Of a DNA stretch of 64,000 nucleotides, positions 12,810-22,710 are shown in pieces. Each line of letters starts with the position of its first letter. Positions within the stretch are counted from its first letter, which is position 1. Origin of the DNA: Candidatus Latescibacterota bacterium (GTDB lineage Bacteria; Latescibacterota; UBA2968; UBA8231); assembly GCA_964291625.2 (NCBI GenBank), contig OZ220090.1:800001-864000 (forward strand). The letters run 5' to 3'. The notes below the pieces were generated by a model, which saw only the letters and a list, made by a program, of their open reading frames with translations, was not told the origin of the DNA and searched no databases. A program made the translations under genes and the position numbers.

Positions 12810-12825
12810 TGGTACGAATCCTGCT
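12810..12825 (+). promoter_or_regulatory. sigma54 (-24/-12) promoter upstream of dnaK
   Basis: TGGTACGAATCCTGCT: GG and GC separated by exactly 10 nt, close to TGGCACG-N4-TTGCW, preceded by an AT-rich tract. Confidence 0.6.
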
Positions 12826-12882
12826 CTCTGACGCGTGACTGGAATCATGGAATCCACTTCTCTGGCAAGAGGGAGCTGACAG

Positions 12883-14817
12883 ATGGCCAAGGTGATCGGC
12901 ATCGACCTGGGTACGACGAATTCCTGCGTGGCGGTCATGGAGGGGGAGCCCTCGGTGATCGCCAATTCGGAGGGCGGCCGCACCACGCCGTCCATGGTGG
13001 CTTTCGCCAAGGACGGGGAGCGGCTGGTGGGTCAGACGGCCAAACGCCAGGCGGTGACCAACCCGACGAACACGGTCTTCTCCATCAAGCGCTTCATGGG
13101 CCGCCGCTTCGATGAAGTGGCCCAGGAGATCACCGAGGTGCCCTACGTGGTGAAGAAGGGGCCCCGCGATCTGGCGGTGGTGGAGATCGAGGGAGAGGCG
13201 TCGACGCCGCCGGAGATCGCGGCCATGGTCCTGCAGAAGATGAAGCAGACCGCCGAGGACTACCTCGGAGAGCCGGTGACCCAGGCGGTGATCACGGTGC
13301 CGGCGTACTTCAACGATGCCCAGCGTCAGGCGACCAAGGACGCGGGCACGATCGCCGGGCTGGAGGTGCTGCGCATCGTCAACGAGCCGACGGCGGCGGC
13401 CCTGGCCTACGGGTTGGACAAGGAGACGACTTCGGAGAAGATCGCCGTCTACGACCTGGGAGGAGGCACCTTCGACATCTCCATCCTCGAGCTGGGTGAC
13501 GGCGTCTTCGAGGTGAAGTCCACGAACGGGGACACGCACCTGGGGGGCGACGACTTCGACCAGCGGGTGATCGACTGGATGGCGGAGGCCTTCCAGGCGG
13601 AGGAGGGCATAGATCTCCTCCGGGACCCCATGGCCCTGCAACGCCTGAAAGAGGCGGCGGAGAAAGCCAAGTGCGAGTTGTCGTCGTCGGGATCGACCGA
13701 GATCCACCTGCCCTTCATCACCGCCGACCAGACGGGTCCGAAGCACCTGCAGACCAGCCTCAGCCGGTCGCGGTTCGAGCAACTGGTGGAGGATCTGGTG
13801 CAGCGCACCCGCGGGCCCTGCGAGCAGGCGCTGAAGGACGCGGGACTCGGAGCCGACCAGATCGACGCCGTGATCCTGGTGGGCGGCTCCACCCGCATGC
13901 CGAAGGTCCAGGAGCTGGTGAAGGAGCTCTTCGGCCAGGAGCCCAACCGGGGGGTGAATCCCGACGAGGTCGTGGCCATCGGGGCGGCGATCCAGGCGGG
14001 GGTGCTGTCAGGCGAGGTGGACGACGTCCTTCTGCTCGACGTGACCCCCCTGTCGCTCGGGATCGAGACGATGGGCGGCGTCATGACCAGGCTCATCGAG
14101 CGCAACACGACGATCCCCACCAACAAGAGCCAGATGTTCTCGACGGCGGCCGACAACCAGCCCTCGGTGGAGGTGCACGTCCTTCAGGGCGAGCGGGAGT
14201 TCGCCGCCGACAACCGCACCCTGGGCCGCTTCCACCTGGATGGCATCCCCTCGGCGCCGCGGGGTATGCCGCAGATCGAGGTGAGCTTCGACATCGACGC
14301 CAACGGCATTCTCAACGTGCAGGCTCGCGACAAGGGCACGAGCAAGGAGCAGTCGATCCGCATCGAGTCCTCGAGCGGCCTCGACACCGCGGAGATCGAG
14401 CGGATGCAGAAGGAGGCGGAGGCCAACGCCGAGCAGGACCAGGCGCGCCGTGCCCAGGTGGACAAGCGCAACGAGGCGGACCAGATGGTCTACGCCACCG
14501 AGAAGAGCCTGAAGGAGCACGGCGACAAGCTCGAGGAGGCCGACCGCCAGGCGGTGGAGCAGGCCCTGGGGGAGGCCCGCAAAGCCCTGGAGGGCGACGA
14601 TCCGGAGGCGATCGAGTCGTCGGTGAGCAAGCTGCAGCAGGCTTCCCACAAGCTGGCCGAGGTCGTCTATGCCGAGGCCCAGAAGGAAGAGGAGGCCGCC
14701 TCCGGGACGACCCCTCCACCCCGGCAGCCCGAGGACGCGGGACAGCAGGACCAGGGCACGGGCGCCGTCGACGCCGACTTCGAGGTGGTGGACGAGGAGG
14801 GGAAGAAAAAGGAGTAG
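12883..14817 (+). CDS. dnaK: molecular chaperone DnaK
   Basis: [32 protein letters not shown] motifs. Confidence 0.98.
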   Translation: MAKVIGIDLGTTNSCVAVMEGEPSVIANSEGGRTTPSMVAFAKDGERLVGQTAKRQAVTNPTNTVFSIKRFMGRRFDEVAQEITEVPYVVKKGPRDLAVVEIEGEASTPPEIAAMVLQKMKQTAEDYLGEPVTQAVITVPAYFNDAQRQATKDAGTIAGLEVLRIVNEPTAAALAYGLDKETTSEKIAVYDLGGGTFDISILELGDGVFEVKSTNGDTHLGGDDFDQRVIDWMAEAFQAEEGIDLLRDPMALQRLKEAAEKAKCELSSSGSTEIHLPFITADQTGPKHLQTSLSRSRFEQLVEDLVQRTRGPCEQALKDAGLGADQIDAVILVGGSTRMPKVQELVKELFGQEPNRGVNPDEVVAIGAAIQAGVLSGEVDDVLLLDVTPLSLGIETMGGVMTRLIERNTTIPTNKSQMFSTAADNQPSVEVHVLQGEREFAADNRTLGRFHLDGIPSAPRGMPQIEVSFDIDANGILNVQARDKGTSKEQSIRIESSSGLDTAEIERMQKEAEANAEQDQARRAQVDKRNEADQMVYATEKSLKEHGDKLEEADRQAVEQALGEARKALEGDDPEAIESSVSKLQQASHKLAEVVYAEAQKEEEAASGTTPPPRQPEDAGQQDQGTGAVDADFEVVDEEGKKKE

Positions 14818-14823
14818 AGCCGG

Positions 14824-14857
14824 GCTGCGGCCCCGGGGTCAGGCCCCGGGCCGCAGC
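14824..14857. terminator. GC hairpin between convergent dnaK and ADH genes
   Basis: GCTGCGGCCCCGGGG / CCCCGGGCCGCAGC inverted repeat (one bulge); no clear U-tract. Confidence 0.4.
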
Positions 14858-15876
14858 AACAGCTTGAGGCCCTCCTGGCGCTCCATCATCTCGAAACCGC
14901 GGCGCCACTCCGCCAGATCCAGTTGGTGGGAGATCAGCTTCTCGTTGTTCAGGATGCCCGAGTCCATGAGCCGCAGGGCTCGCTCCCAGGCCGCCCGCCG
15001 CTGGCCGATGCCGCCGCTCACCCGGAGTTCCTTGTAGGCGATCTTCTCGAAGTCGACCTCCACCCGGCGGCCGGGGAGTCCCATGAGCGAGACCTTGCCG
15101 CGCTTGCGCACGACCTCGAGAGCCAGATCGATGGCCGCCGCGGCTCCGGCGCACTCGATGACGACATCGGCGCCGTAGCCGCCGCTGAGGCCGGCGATGC
15201 GGGCGGCCGCGTCCCCGGCCTCCACGTCGAGGACTTGGTCCACTCCCAGATCCCTCTCGGCGAACCGCAGGCGATCGCGGTCTCGGGAGGTGCCGCAGAG
15301 CACGACCGAACCCCCTTCGGCGGCCGCCACGAGGGCGCTGAAGAGGCCCACGGGACCGGGGCCGATGACGGCGACCAAGTCACCCGCCGTGACTCCGGTC
15401 TGCTCGATCACGGAGTGCACGCAGCAGGCCAGCAGCTCGGTCAGAGCCCCCGCCTCGAAGCTCACTCCATCCGGCAGCCGGTGCACGAACGTGGCGTTGA
15501 CGCGGGGGGCGAAGCAGCCGTCGTGGAAGTAGCCCATCACGGTCCGAGACGGGCACATGTTGTAGTGGCCGCTACGGCAATAGTCGCAACGGCCGCAGAT
15601 CTCGATGCTCGGCTCGCCGGTGACCCGGTCGCCGATGGCGATCTCGTCGCCTGCGTCGCTCCCCTTCTCCACCACGATGCCGCTGAACTCGTGGCCCATC
15701 ACCACGGGGGTGCGGATCTTGTAGTTGATGGTGTCGTGATAGATGTGCAGGTCCGACCCGCAGATCCCCGCGGCCCTCACCTCGACCTTGACCTGCCGAG
15801 GCCCCGGAGGCGCATCGGCGACCTCGCGCAGCTCGACGAAACCCGGGCCACGCTCGTACTTGACGACGGCCTGCAC
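14839..15876 (-). CDS. Zn-dependent alcohol/polyol dehydrogenase (MDR family)
   Basis: GICGSDLH, GHEFSG, CGRCDYC…C, GPGPVG motifs. Confidence 0.9.
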   Translation of the reverse strand: MQAVVKYERGPGFVELREVADAPPGPRQVKVEVRAAGICGSDLHIYHDTINYKIRTPVVMGHEFSGIVVEKGSDAGDEIAIGDRVTGEPSIEICGRCDYCRSGHYNMCPSRTVMGYFHDGCFAPRVNATFVHRLPDGVSFEAGALTELLACCVHSVIEQTGVTAGDLVAVIGPGPVGLFSALVAAAEGGSVVLCGTSRDRDRLRFAERDLGVDQVLDVEAGDAAARIAGLSGGYGADVVIECAGAAAAIDLALEVVRKRGKVSLMGLPGRRVEVDFEKIAYKELRVSGGIGQRRAAWERALRLMDSGILNNEKLISHQLDLAEWRRGFEMMERQEGLKLLLRPGA

Positions 15877-15884
15877 TCTCCGTC

Positions 15885-17000
15885 CTACTCCGCCCCCGAG
15901 ACGGGCTCCCCCGAACCTTCGTCCGGAGGCTCCGCGTCAACGATCAGCTCGATGCGGTCACCCGCCCGGATCTGCCCGGCCCCCGAGAGGGCGACCACTC
16001 TCGACACCCTCGTGCCGATGATCTCGCGAACCTCGATCACCGCGATCCGCCCCCCGGGGTCCTGGTCGTTGCGGCCGGCAGCCGGAAAGACGGCGAAACG
16101 GTACCCGCGGTGGACCCCGTTCTCGCTGCCCATGTTGATGAACATCTCCTCCCCGGACACGGAGAGGACCTCGGGTGTTGCCGAGCCGATCCGGATCCCC
16201 GTGGGCCGCACCAGGGGCACCGACTGCTCCACCAGGTCCTCCATGGCCTCCACCGTGGCCTGACCGATGGCGGTGCTGCGGAACTCCTCCGATCCGTAGG
16301 CCATCTCCCCGAGGTTCGCGAACTGGTAGTCCTGCTTGCGCGGCTTTCCCAGGAGATCGAGGCCGAGACCCCGGTCGATCGTCTCCCGCCGCGAGTGGGC
16401 CGAGCCGATCCGGCCCAAGTCGGAAACCCGGACCAGTTGGACCTCCATCTCGGCCACACCCTTGTAGGACTTGTAGCCGCCGATCAACGGATCGCCCACA
16501 TGGAGCCGCTCCATGTTGTAGTCGAGGAGGGTGCCGCGCGCGAGCACTTCGGCCTGCAGAACCTCGCCGATCCGGCGCAGTTCCCCGTCCGTCCAGCGGG
16601 GCTTGCCGCCACCCGCGACTTCCGCCACCGCCGCGAAGGGCACCACATGCCAGGCAGAGACCTCCTCCATCTCCGTGCTGAGCATGCGTGGAACCTCGCT
16701 TGCCAGATCCCATACGCCGTCGCGAAAACCGGAATCGTCCTCGAAGGGCAGGACGGCGACCCAGGGCCGATAGGCGGCCTCGTCTCCGCCTCGGGAACGC
16801 TGTTCGAGGTAGGCCTGGAGCTGGGCCTCGGAGGGCGGATCCCCGGGTTCCCCGCCGTTGCTCCCGCCGGGACTCGGACCGCTCAGGACCTTGGGCAGGC
16901 AGCCGGCCAGCGCCAGAACCGCCAGGCTCGACAACAGGGGGACAAGGGTCGGCAGGGACATGTGAGAAGGGGTGACTCGTTTGGGGAAACGCTGTCCCAT
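15885..17000 (-). CDS. putative lipoprotein, CsgG/TolB-N-like core plus FlgT C-terminal-like domain
   Basis: Lipobox LALAGC; VAVLPFED; INMGSENGVHRGYRFAVF. The start may be further in. Confidence 0.6.
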   Translation of the reverse strand: MGQRFPKRVTPSHMSLPTLVPLLSSLAVLALAGCLPKVLSGPSPGGSNGGEPGDPPSEAQLQAYLEQRSRGGDEAAYRPWVAVLPFEDDSGFRDGVWDLASEVPRMLSTEMEEVSAWHVVPFAAVAEVAGGGKPRWTDGELRRIGEVLQAEVLARGTLLDYNMERLHVGDPLIGGYKSYKGVAEMEVQLVRVSDLGRIGSAHSRRETIDRGLGLDLLGKPRKQDYQFANLGEMAYGSEEFRSTAIGQATVEAMEDLVEQSVPLVRPTGIRIGSATPEVLSVSGEEMFINMGSENGVHRGYRFAVFPAAGRNDQDPGGRIAVIEVREIIGTRVSRVVALSGAGQIRAGDRIELIVDAEPPDEGSGEPVSGAE

Positions 17001-17257
17001 GATCTCGGAGGGATCGGCCGGCGCCGGATCCCGTCAGATCAGCTCGCGGAGCCCCTCCATGCCCGCGCGCCGGGCGCGGTTCCTCGCCAGGGCGCCGGGG
17101 CCGCGGGAGACGGCCGACAGCCGGCTGGGGAAGGAAGCAGCTTGCAGAGGGCTCGGATCATCGCGGGGCTTCCGGCCTGGGGCATTCGTGATCCACGTTA
17201 CCTGCCCTGCCCCTCGGGATCAAGCGCCCTTCCGACAGGGAGTGCCGGCGCAAGGCC

Positions 17258-17333
17258 TGGAGCCGCCTCGGGGACTCGAACCCCGAACCGCCTGATTACA
17301 AATCAGGTGCTCTGCCAATTGAGCTAAAGCGGC
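17258..17333 (-). tRNA. tRNA-Thr (UGU)
   Basis: Minus strand GCCGCTTTAGCTCAATTGGCAGAGCACCTGATTTGTAATCAGGCGGTTCGGGGTTCGAGTCCCCGAGGCGGCTCCA: cloverleaf, anticodon TGT, encoded CCA. Confidence 0.97.
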
Positions 17334-17449
17334 CGACTCACCCTAGCCTGCGCCCCGGACCGATTCCCGTCAAGGTGGTCTCTTGTGGCCGAGGCCCCTT
17401 CCGGTCTATCATGGCCGCCACCACCCTCCACCTCCGGGGAGAAGCACGG

Positions 17450-18394
17450 ATGGCTTCCGAGCCCCTCGTCTATCTGAGAGGTCGATTGCAGCCCGCTTCC
17501 GAGGCTCACGTGGCGATCTACGACGCCGCCGTGGTCCTGGGGGCGACGGTGACCGACCTGGTCCGCACCTTCGACCATCAACCCTACCGGTTGGGCGATC
17601 ACCTCGACCGGTTCTTCCGCAGTTGCCGCTACGTCCGGATGGCGCCTCCCATCGACCGCACCGAGACCGAGTCGGTCTGCCGCGACCTGGTGGCGCACAA
17701 CTCCGACCTGCTGCCGCCTGGGGGGGAGCTGGCGCTGGTGCTCTTCCTCTCCCCCGGAGAGCTGGCGGTGTACGCGGGAGGCGCCGGAGGCGAGGAGTCT
17801 GCGCCCACCTTCTGCATCCACACCTTTCCCCTCCCCTTTCCCATGTGGCGCCACTACTTCACCGAGGGCGCCCATGTCGTCACCCCGTCGATCCGCCAGG
17901 TCCCGGTCCAGTGCGTGGACCCCAAGATCAAGTGCCGGAGCCGAATGCACTGGTGGCTGGCGGACCAGGAGAGCCGGCAGGTCGATCCCCGGGCCGTCTC
18001 CCTCTGTCTCGACCTGGCCGGCAACGTCACCGAAACGGCGGGTTCGAACTTCCTGATCTGCCGCGGAGAGACCGTCCTCAGCCCGAGCCCCTCACACATC
18101 CTGCGTGGGATCAGCATGACGACGGTGGCGGAACTCTGCCCCGGCCTCGGACTCGCCTTCGAGGAGCGCGACTTCCAGGTCTACGACGTGATCAACGCCG
18201 ACGAGGCCTTCCTGGCCACCACGCCGTACTGCCTGGCACCGGTGACGCGCATCAACAACACCCCCATCGGCGAGGGGCGGCCGGGGCCCGTATTCCGCAA
18301 GCTGATCGATGCCTGGAGCACATCGGTGGGAGTGGACATCCCGGGGCAGATCCTGGGACCGGGGGCGCCGGAGGGGCAGAGCGGCAGGCGTTGA
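17450..18394 (+). CDS. PLP-dependent aminotransferase class IV (IlvE/DAT/PabC-like)
   Basis: HLDRF, PKIKCRSR, ETAGSNF, ILRGIS, ADEAFL motifs. TTGTGG-18-TATCAT promoter-like element at 17383-17412. Confidence 0.85.
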   Translation: MASEPLVYLRGRLQPASEAHVAIYDAAVVLGATVTDLVRTFDHQPYRLGDHLDRFFRSCRYVRMAPPIDRTETESVCRDLVAHNSDLLPPGGELALVLFLSPGELAVYAGGAGGEESAPTFCIHTFPLPFPMWRHYFTEGAHVVTPSIRQVPVQCVDPKIKCRSRMHWWLADQESRQVDPRAVSLCLDLAGNVTETAGSNFLICRGETVLSPSPSHILRGISMTTVAELCPGLGLAFEERDFQVYDVINADEAFLATTPYCLAPVTRINNTPIGEGRPGPVFRKLIDAWSTSVGVDIPGQILGPGAPEGQSGRR

Positions 18395-18446
18395 AGATCT
18401 CGACCGGGATCCGAGGGGGCCCACGGTACCCCCTGATCCCGTGGGA

Positions 18447-18683
18447 TCAGTTGCCCAGTTGGCGGACGGCTGCTCCCATGACCTCGGCGCGGGCGGCGAA
18501 GGCCAGCAGCTCCTCGCGCAGCTCTTCGGGCAGGCTCTCGAAGGCGGCCTTCTGCGCACCGTCGGGCAAGGACTCCGGCGACGACACCCACTCCTGGCCC
18601 TGCCGGCGCCAGCCCACGCAAGGGATGGCGCCGGCACCGGTCAGGTAGAAGCGGTCGCCGTGGCGGTAGACGCGGGCAGCCAC
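18447..18683 (-). CDS. small hypothetical protein
   Basis: 78 aa, native codon usage, starts 4 nt after the RidA-like stop. Confidence 0.6.
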   Translation of the reverse strand: MAARVYRHGDRFYLTGAGAIPCVGWRRQGQEWVSSPESLPDGAQKAAFESLPEELREELLAFAARAEVMGAAVRQLGN

Positions 18684-18687
18684 CCCA

Positions 18688-19281
18688 CTACCGGTGCGGG
18701 CCCCGGGCCCGGATGATGCGCAGGGCGAGGTCGGGATCGATCTGCACGATCATCTCCGGCTCGATGCGCACGTGCCCGGGAAGATCGAAGCCGGCCACGG
18801 CCGAGCGGGCGTGCCAGCCCGACAGAGAGGCATCCTCGCCGTCGACGGCGGAATCGGAGATGGGGCCGCCGAAGACATCGTGAAAGATCTTGCTGTACCC
18901 ATCGACGACCTGGGGAGACTTGGAGAACGCCCCGCCGCCGGCGGAATTGACCATGCCGATGCACTTGACGCAATACCAGACGTCGTTGAGGCTGCCCTCC
19001 GGATCGAGGGCCCAGTGCAGGGTGCGGATGTGATTCTCACCGGCCTCCCGTCCGGCGGCGAAGCCCTCCTGCACGTCCCCGTCGTCATTTGTCACCGCGC
19101 CGCGGCCCCCCGCCGTGCCCGAGGTAAAGACCAGCCCCGAAGGGGTGATGGTAGCCATGCAGATGCGCCTCCCCTTCGGCGGCGGAAGCACCTCGTCCCG
19201 GCTCTGAAGGTCGATGCCGAGCCGCTCGATCCGTTCGTACACGTCGAAGTCCCGCCGCCATGCCTGCGGAAGGTCGCTCAT
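18688..19281 (-). CDS. RidA/YjgF-like protein (extended)
   Basis: LVFTSG, GMVNS, WHARSAVAG (conserved Arg), IEPEMIV. SD AGGAGGAG upstream. Confidence 0.7.
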   Translation of the reverse strand: MSDLPQAWRRDFDVYERIERLGIDLQSRDEVLPPPKGRRICMATITPSGLVFTSGTAGGRGAVTNDDGDVQEGFAAGREAGENHIRTLHWALDPEGSLNDVWYCVKCIGMVNSAGGGAFSKSPQVVDGYSKIFHDVFGGPISDSAVDGEDASLSGWHARSAVAGFDLPGHVRIEPEMIVQIDPDLALRIIRARGPHR

Positions 19282-19400
19282 CGTCCGTCTCCTCCTGGTT
19301 TGCCGTTCGGGGCGCACCAAGATAGCCCGGCCCGCCCGCGGATCAAGGACCCCGCTCCCGACCCGATGGGGACTCCCGCAGCCACCCGGGGACAGCGCAC

Positions 19401-21128
19401 ATGCCGGTAACCCTGGATCTGTCCACCCTCGGGCCCCTGGAAGAGGCCGTGGCCGCCGCCCGGGAGCGGCTTGGCCGGGAGCGCGTCGCGGCGCGGATTC
19501 GGGACCGCGACCACACACTGTGGGGGCCCCGCCCGGAGGGTATCGTCGATCGTCTGGGATGGCTCGACAGCCCCCTGGAGATGGCCGGCCGGGTTCGCCC
19601 CATCGACGACCTTCTCACCGGCGCCCTGGGGGATGGCCTGACCGATGCCCTCCTGCTGGGCATGGGCGGATCGAGCCTGGCAGCCGAGGTCTACGGCCGC
19701 CTCCTGCCCCTCGCCGGAGGACGGCTGCGGCTCTCCGTCCTCGACAGCACCGATCCGGCCGCCATCGCCGACCTCATGGCCGCCATCGATCCCGCCCGGA
19801 CCCTCTACCTGCCCGCCACCAAGTCCGGCGGCACCGTGGAGACCCTCTCCCTTCTGAAGCACTGCTACAACCTGGCCATCGCAGCCGTGGGCCCGGGGCG
19901 CGCGGGCAAGCACTTCGCGGCCATCACCGACCCGGGGAGCGGCCTGCAGGAACTGGCGGAGTCCCTCGGTTTTCGTGAGCTCTTCCTCAACGATCGGGAA
20001 ATCGGCGGCCGCTACTCCTGTCTCTCCTTCTTCGGCCTCGTACCCGCCCGTCTCGCCGGCGCCGACCCCGGCCGTCTGCTCGCCGGCGCAAGAGCCGCGC
20101 GCGCGGAGATCGTCGACGACGGCGTCGGTCTTCGGCTCGGAGCCGTCCTCGGCGCGGGCGCGGCCTCGGGCCGGGACAAGCTGACCCTGATCCCCTCCCC
20201 TTCCCTGGAACCCCTGGGAGCGTGGATCGAGCAACTCATCGCCGAGAGCACGGGCAAGAACGGAACGGGCATCCTTCCCATCGATGGGGAGCCCGTCGGC
20301 GCGGCCGGGTCCTACGCCGGCGACCGGCTCTTCGTTTCTCTGAAGCTGAGGGGGGAAGAGGACGCTCCGGAAGTGGAGGCCCTGGCCGGGGCGGGATTCC
20401 CCGTGGTTCGGCTGGAGCTTGCCGAGGCGTATGACGTCGGTGCCGTGATGTACGTCTGGAAAGTGGCGACCATCGTCGCCGCCCACCGGATGGGAATCAA
20501 TCCCTTCGACCAGCCGAACGTGGAGTCGGCGAAGGCCCTGGCGCGGTCGATACTCGACGCCCGTCGGAGGGAGGGTGCCCTGCCCGCACCGCCGCCGGAT
20601 CTCGTGGAGGATGGCGTGGCCACCTTCGGCCGCGTCGAGGGCGGAGCTCTCTGGTCGGTGGTCCGCGACTTCCTTGCCCTGCGGGAGGAGGTCCATCCTC
20701 GCCCCTACGTGGCCTTCCACGCGTACCTGCCGCCGCGTCCGCAGGTGGCGCGCGCATTGGCGCGGCTTCGCCGAGGGATCCGGGAGCGCACGAGTCTGGC
20801 CACCACCATCGGCTTCGGACCCCGGTTCCTGCACTCGACGGGTCAGATCCACAAGGGCGACTCGGGACATGGCCGGTTCGTGCAGGTCACCTGCGACGAC
20901 CCGGTCGACCTGCCGATCCCGGATGCGCCCGGCGAGACTGCATCGACCACGACCTTCGGCATGCTGAAAGCCGCCCAGGCTTCGGGGGACCGGCAAGCCC
21001 TGATCGAGGGTGGACGGGCGGTGCTGCGACTGCATCTCGCGGGCGGCCTCACCGAAGGTCTGGAGACTATGGAGAAGGCCTTCGAGAAGGCCCTGGCATC
21101 TGTCCCCGACACCGGAAGCAGGAGGTAG
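19401..21128 (+). CDS. pgi: glucose-6-phosphate isomerase (Tal-Pgi type PGI domain)
   Basis: GMGGSSL, TKSGGTVET, IGGRYS, EQLIAESTGK, NPFDQPNVE, FLHSTGQIHKG motifs. Confidence 0.88.
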   Translation: MPVTLDLSTLGPLEEAVAAARERLGRERVAARIRDRDHTLWGPRPEGIVDRLGWLDSPLEMAGRVRPIDDLLTGALGDGLTDALLLGMGGSSLAAEVYGRLLPLAGGRLRLSVLDSTDPAAIADLMAAIDPARTLYLPATKSGGTVETLSLLKHCYNLAIAAVGPGRAGKHFAAITDPGSGLQELAESLGFRELFLNDREIGGRYSCLSFFGLVPARLAGADPGRLLAGARAARAEIVDDGVGLRLGAVLGAGAASGRDKLTLIPSPSLEPLGAWIEQLIAESTGKNGTGILPIDGEPVGAAGSYAGDRLFVSLKLRGEEDAPEVEALAGAGFPVVRLELAEAYDVGAVMYVWKVATIVAAHRMGINPFDQPNVESAKALARSILDARRREGALPAPPPDLVEDGVATFGRVEGGALWSVVRDFLALREEVHPRPYVAFHAYLPPRPQVARALARLRRGIRERTSLATTIGFGPRFLHSTGQIHKGDSGHGRFVQVTCDDPVDLPIPDAPGETASTTTFGMLKAAQASGDRQALIEGGRAVLRLHLAGGLTEGLETMEKAFEKALASVPDTGSRR

Positions 21129-21132
21129 TGCT

Positions 21133-22053
21133 GTGCAACTGGGCATGATCGGACTCGGGCGCATGGGCGCCAACATGACCACGCGGCTCCTTCTGGACGG
21201 CCACGAACTCGTCGTCCATGACCGCGAAGAGCAGGCCGTGAGGGAGGCGGAAGGGCGAGGCGCAAGAGGCGTGTCGTCGCTGGAGGATCTGGCGGCGCAA
21301 CTCGATTCACCTCGCGCCGTGTGGGTGATGGTGCCCGCGGGCGAGGCCACGCAGGATACCGTGGCCCGCCTCGCCGCCGCCCTGGAGGCCGGCGATACGG
21401 TGATCGACGGAGGCAACAGCAACTACCGTGACACGATGCGCCGGGGGGAGGCCCTCGGAGAGAAGGGGCTGGACTACGTCGACGTCGGCACCAGCGGCGG
21501 CGTCTGGGGCCTCGACGCGGGATACAGCTTGATGATCGGGGGGCCGGAGTCGGCCGTGGACCGCCTGCGGCCGATCTTCGAGAGCCTGGCGCCGTCGTCA
21601 GAAAACGGATGGGGCCGGGTCGGTCCTTGCGGCGCCGGCCACTTCGCCAAGATGATCCACAACGGTATCGAGTACGGCATGATGCAGGCCCTGGCCGAGG
21701 GTTTCGCGATCATGAAGAACAAGACGGAACTCGGTCTCGACTTGCATCAAGTGGCGGAGATCTGGCGCCACGGTTCGGTAGTGCGTTCCTGGCTGCTCGA
21801 CTTGACGACGGCGGTCCTGGAGGAGGATCAGGGACTGTCCCGCATCGCGCCCTACGTTCCGGATTCCGGTGAGGGCCGATGGGCGGTAGCGGAAGCGGTG
21901 GACCTCGACGTCTCGGCCCCCGTCCTCACTCACTCTCTCATGGCGCGACTGCGCTCGAGGGACGAGGAATCGTATGCCGACCGGCTGCTGGCGGCGATGC
22001 GCAACCAGTTCGGAGGCCATGCCATGAAGGCTGCGGAAGAGCCCGCACCGTAG
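21133..22053 (+). CDS. gnd: 6-phosphogluconate dehydrogenase (decarboxylating, short YqeC type)
   Basis: GMIGLGRMG, IDGGNS, DVGTSGG, KMIHNGIEYG, MRNQFGGH motifs. Confidence 0.92.
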   Translation: MQLGMIGLGRMGANMTTRLLLDGHELVVHDREEQAVREAEGRGARGVSSLEDLAAQLDSPRAVWVMVPAGEATQDTVARLAAALEAGDTVIDGGNSNYRDTMRRGEALGEKGLDYVDVGTSGGVWGLDAGYSLMIGGPESAVDRLRPIFESLAPSSENGWGRVGPCGAGHFAKMIHNGIEYGMMQALAEGFAIMKNKTELGLDLHQVAEIWRHGSVVRSWLLDLTTAVLEEDQGLSRIAPYVPDSGEGRWAVAEAVDLDVSAPVLTHSLMARLRSRDEESYADRLLAAMRNQFGGHAMKAAEEPAP

Positions 22054-22193
22054 TTCCAGGGGCGCAACGCAACACGCCGAAGGCCAGGCAGCAACGGTCC
22101 ACTTGAGGGAAAAGCGGATCTCTTCTTAACTTATGTGTCGATTTGGCGCGTTGATTCCACCAACATCACGCAGTCCCATCCGGAGGAGACTAC

Positions 22194-22637
22194 ATGCCGA
22201 ATGTTGCCCAAGTGCTCAAGGAGGAGATCAGCCGATTGGCGCGCAAGGAGATCCGCGCCTCCTGCGATCCCCTGCGCAAGCAGGTTCAGAGCTTGAGACG
22301 CACGGTACGCACCCAGCAGGAGACGATAGACAAACTCGAGAGAGCCTTGTCGAAGATGGTCGAGTTGACCGCCACCGAAACGGGCACCTCCCTCTATGCG
22401 CCCGCGCAAGAGAAGGAACAGAGTTCCCGGGCCCGGGTGACGCCGGCTTCGATCCGGAGACATCGGCTCCGCCTCGGGCTCTCGCAGGCTCAACTCGGTG
22501 GGTTGCTGAATGTCAGCACCAACACCATCGTCCGCTGGGAGCAGGGCAGCTCGAAACCGCGGGTTCAGCACCGCACCGCCCTGTTGCGGCTTCGCGGCCT
22601 GGGCGTTCGCGACGTAAGGCAGATCCTCGAGGAGTAA
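22194..22637 (+). CDS. XRE-family HTH protein with N-terminal coiled coil
   Basis: MPNVAQVLKEEISRLARKE…; RLRLGLSQAQLGGLLNVSTNTIVRWEQG. SD GGAGGAG. Confidence 0.85.
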   Translation: MPNVAQVLKEEISRLARKEIRASCDPLRKQVQSLRRTVRTQQETIDKLERALSKMVELTATETGTSLYAPAQEKEQSSRARVTPASIRRHRLRLGLSQAQLGGLLNVSTNTIVRWEQGSSKPRVQHRTALLRLRGLGVRDVRQILEE

Positions 22638-22654
22638 CGAGCCCCCCGCGACGA

Positions 22655-22686
22655 AGGCCCGCGCCCTCCACCACGGGCGCGGGCCT
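22655..22686. terminator. perfect 12-bp hairpin between convergent genes
   Basis: AGGCCCGCGCCC-N8-GGGCGCGGGCCT. Confidence 0.5.
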
Positions 22687-22710
22687 CTCCTCCACCCTCC
22701 CGAAGGGCCT

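Noticed and set aside
17258-17333. tRNA-Thr as an integration site for an island
   Set aside because: No integrase is present, and only a 9-bp match to the tRNA 3' end (TGGAGCCGC at 16501, inside a CDS) was seen.
19401-22053. pgi-gnd without zwf/pgl as a novel pathway
   Set aside because: Partial pentose-phosphate clusters are common, and the other genes may lie outside the window.
22144-22158. TGGCGCGTTGATTCC as a sigma54 promoter for the XRE gene
   Set aside because: The -12 position reads CC rather than the conserved GC.
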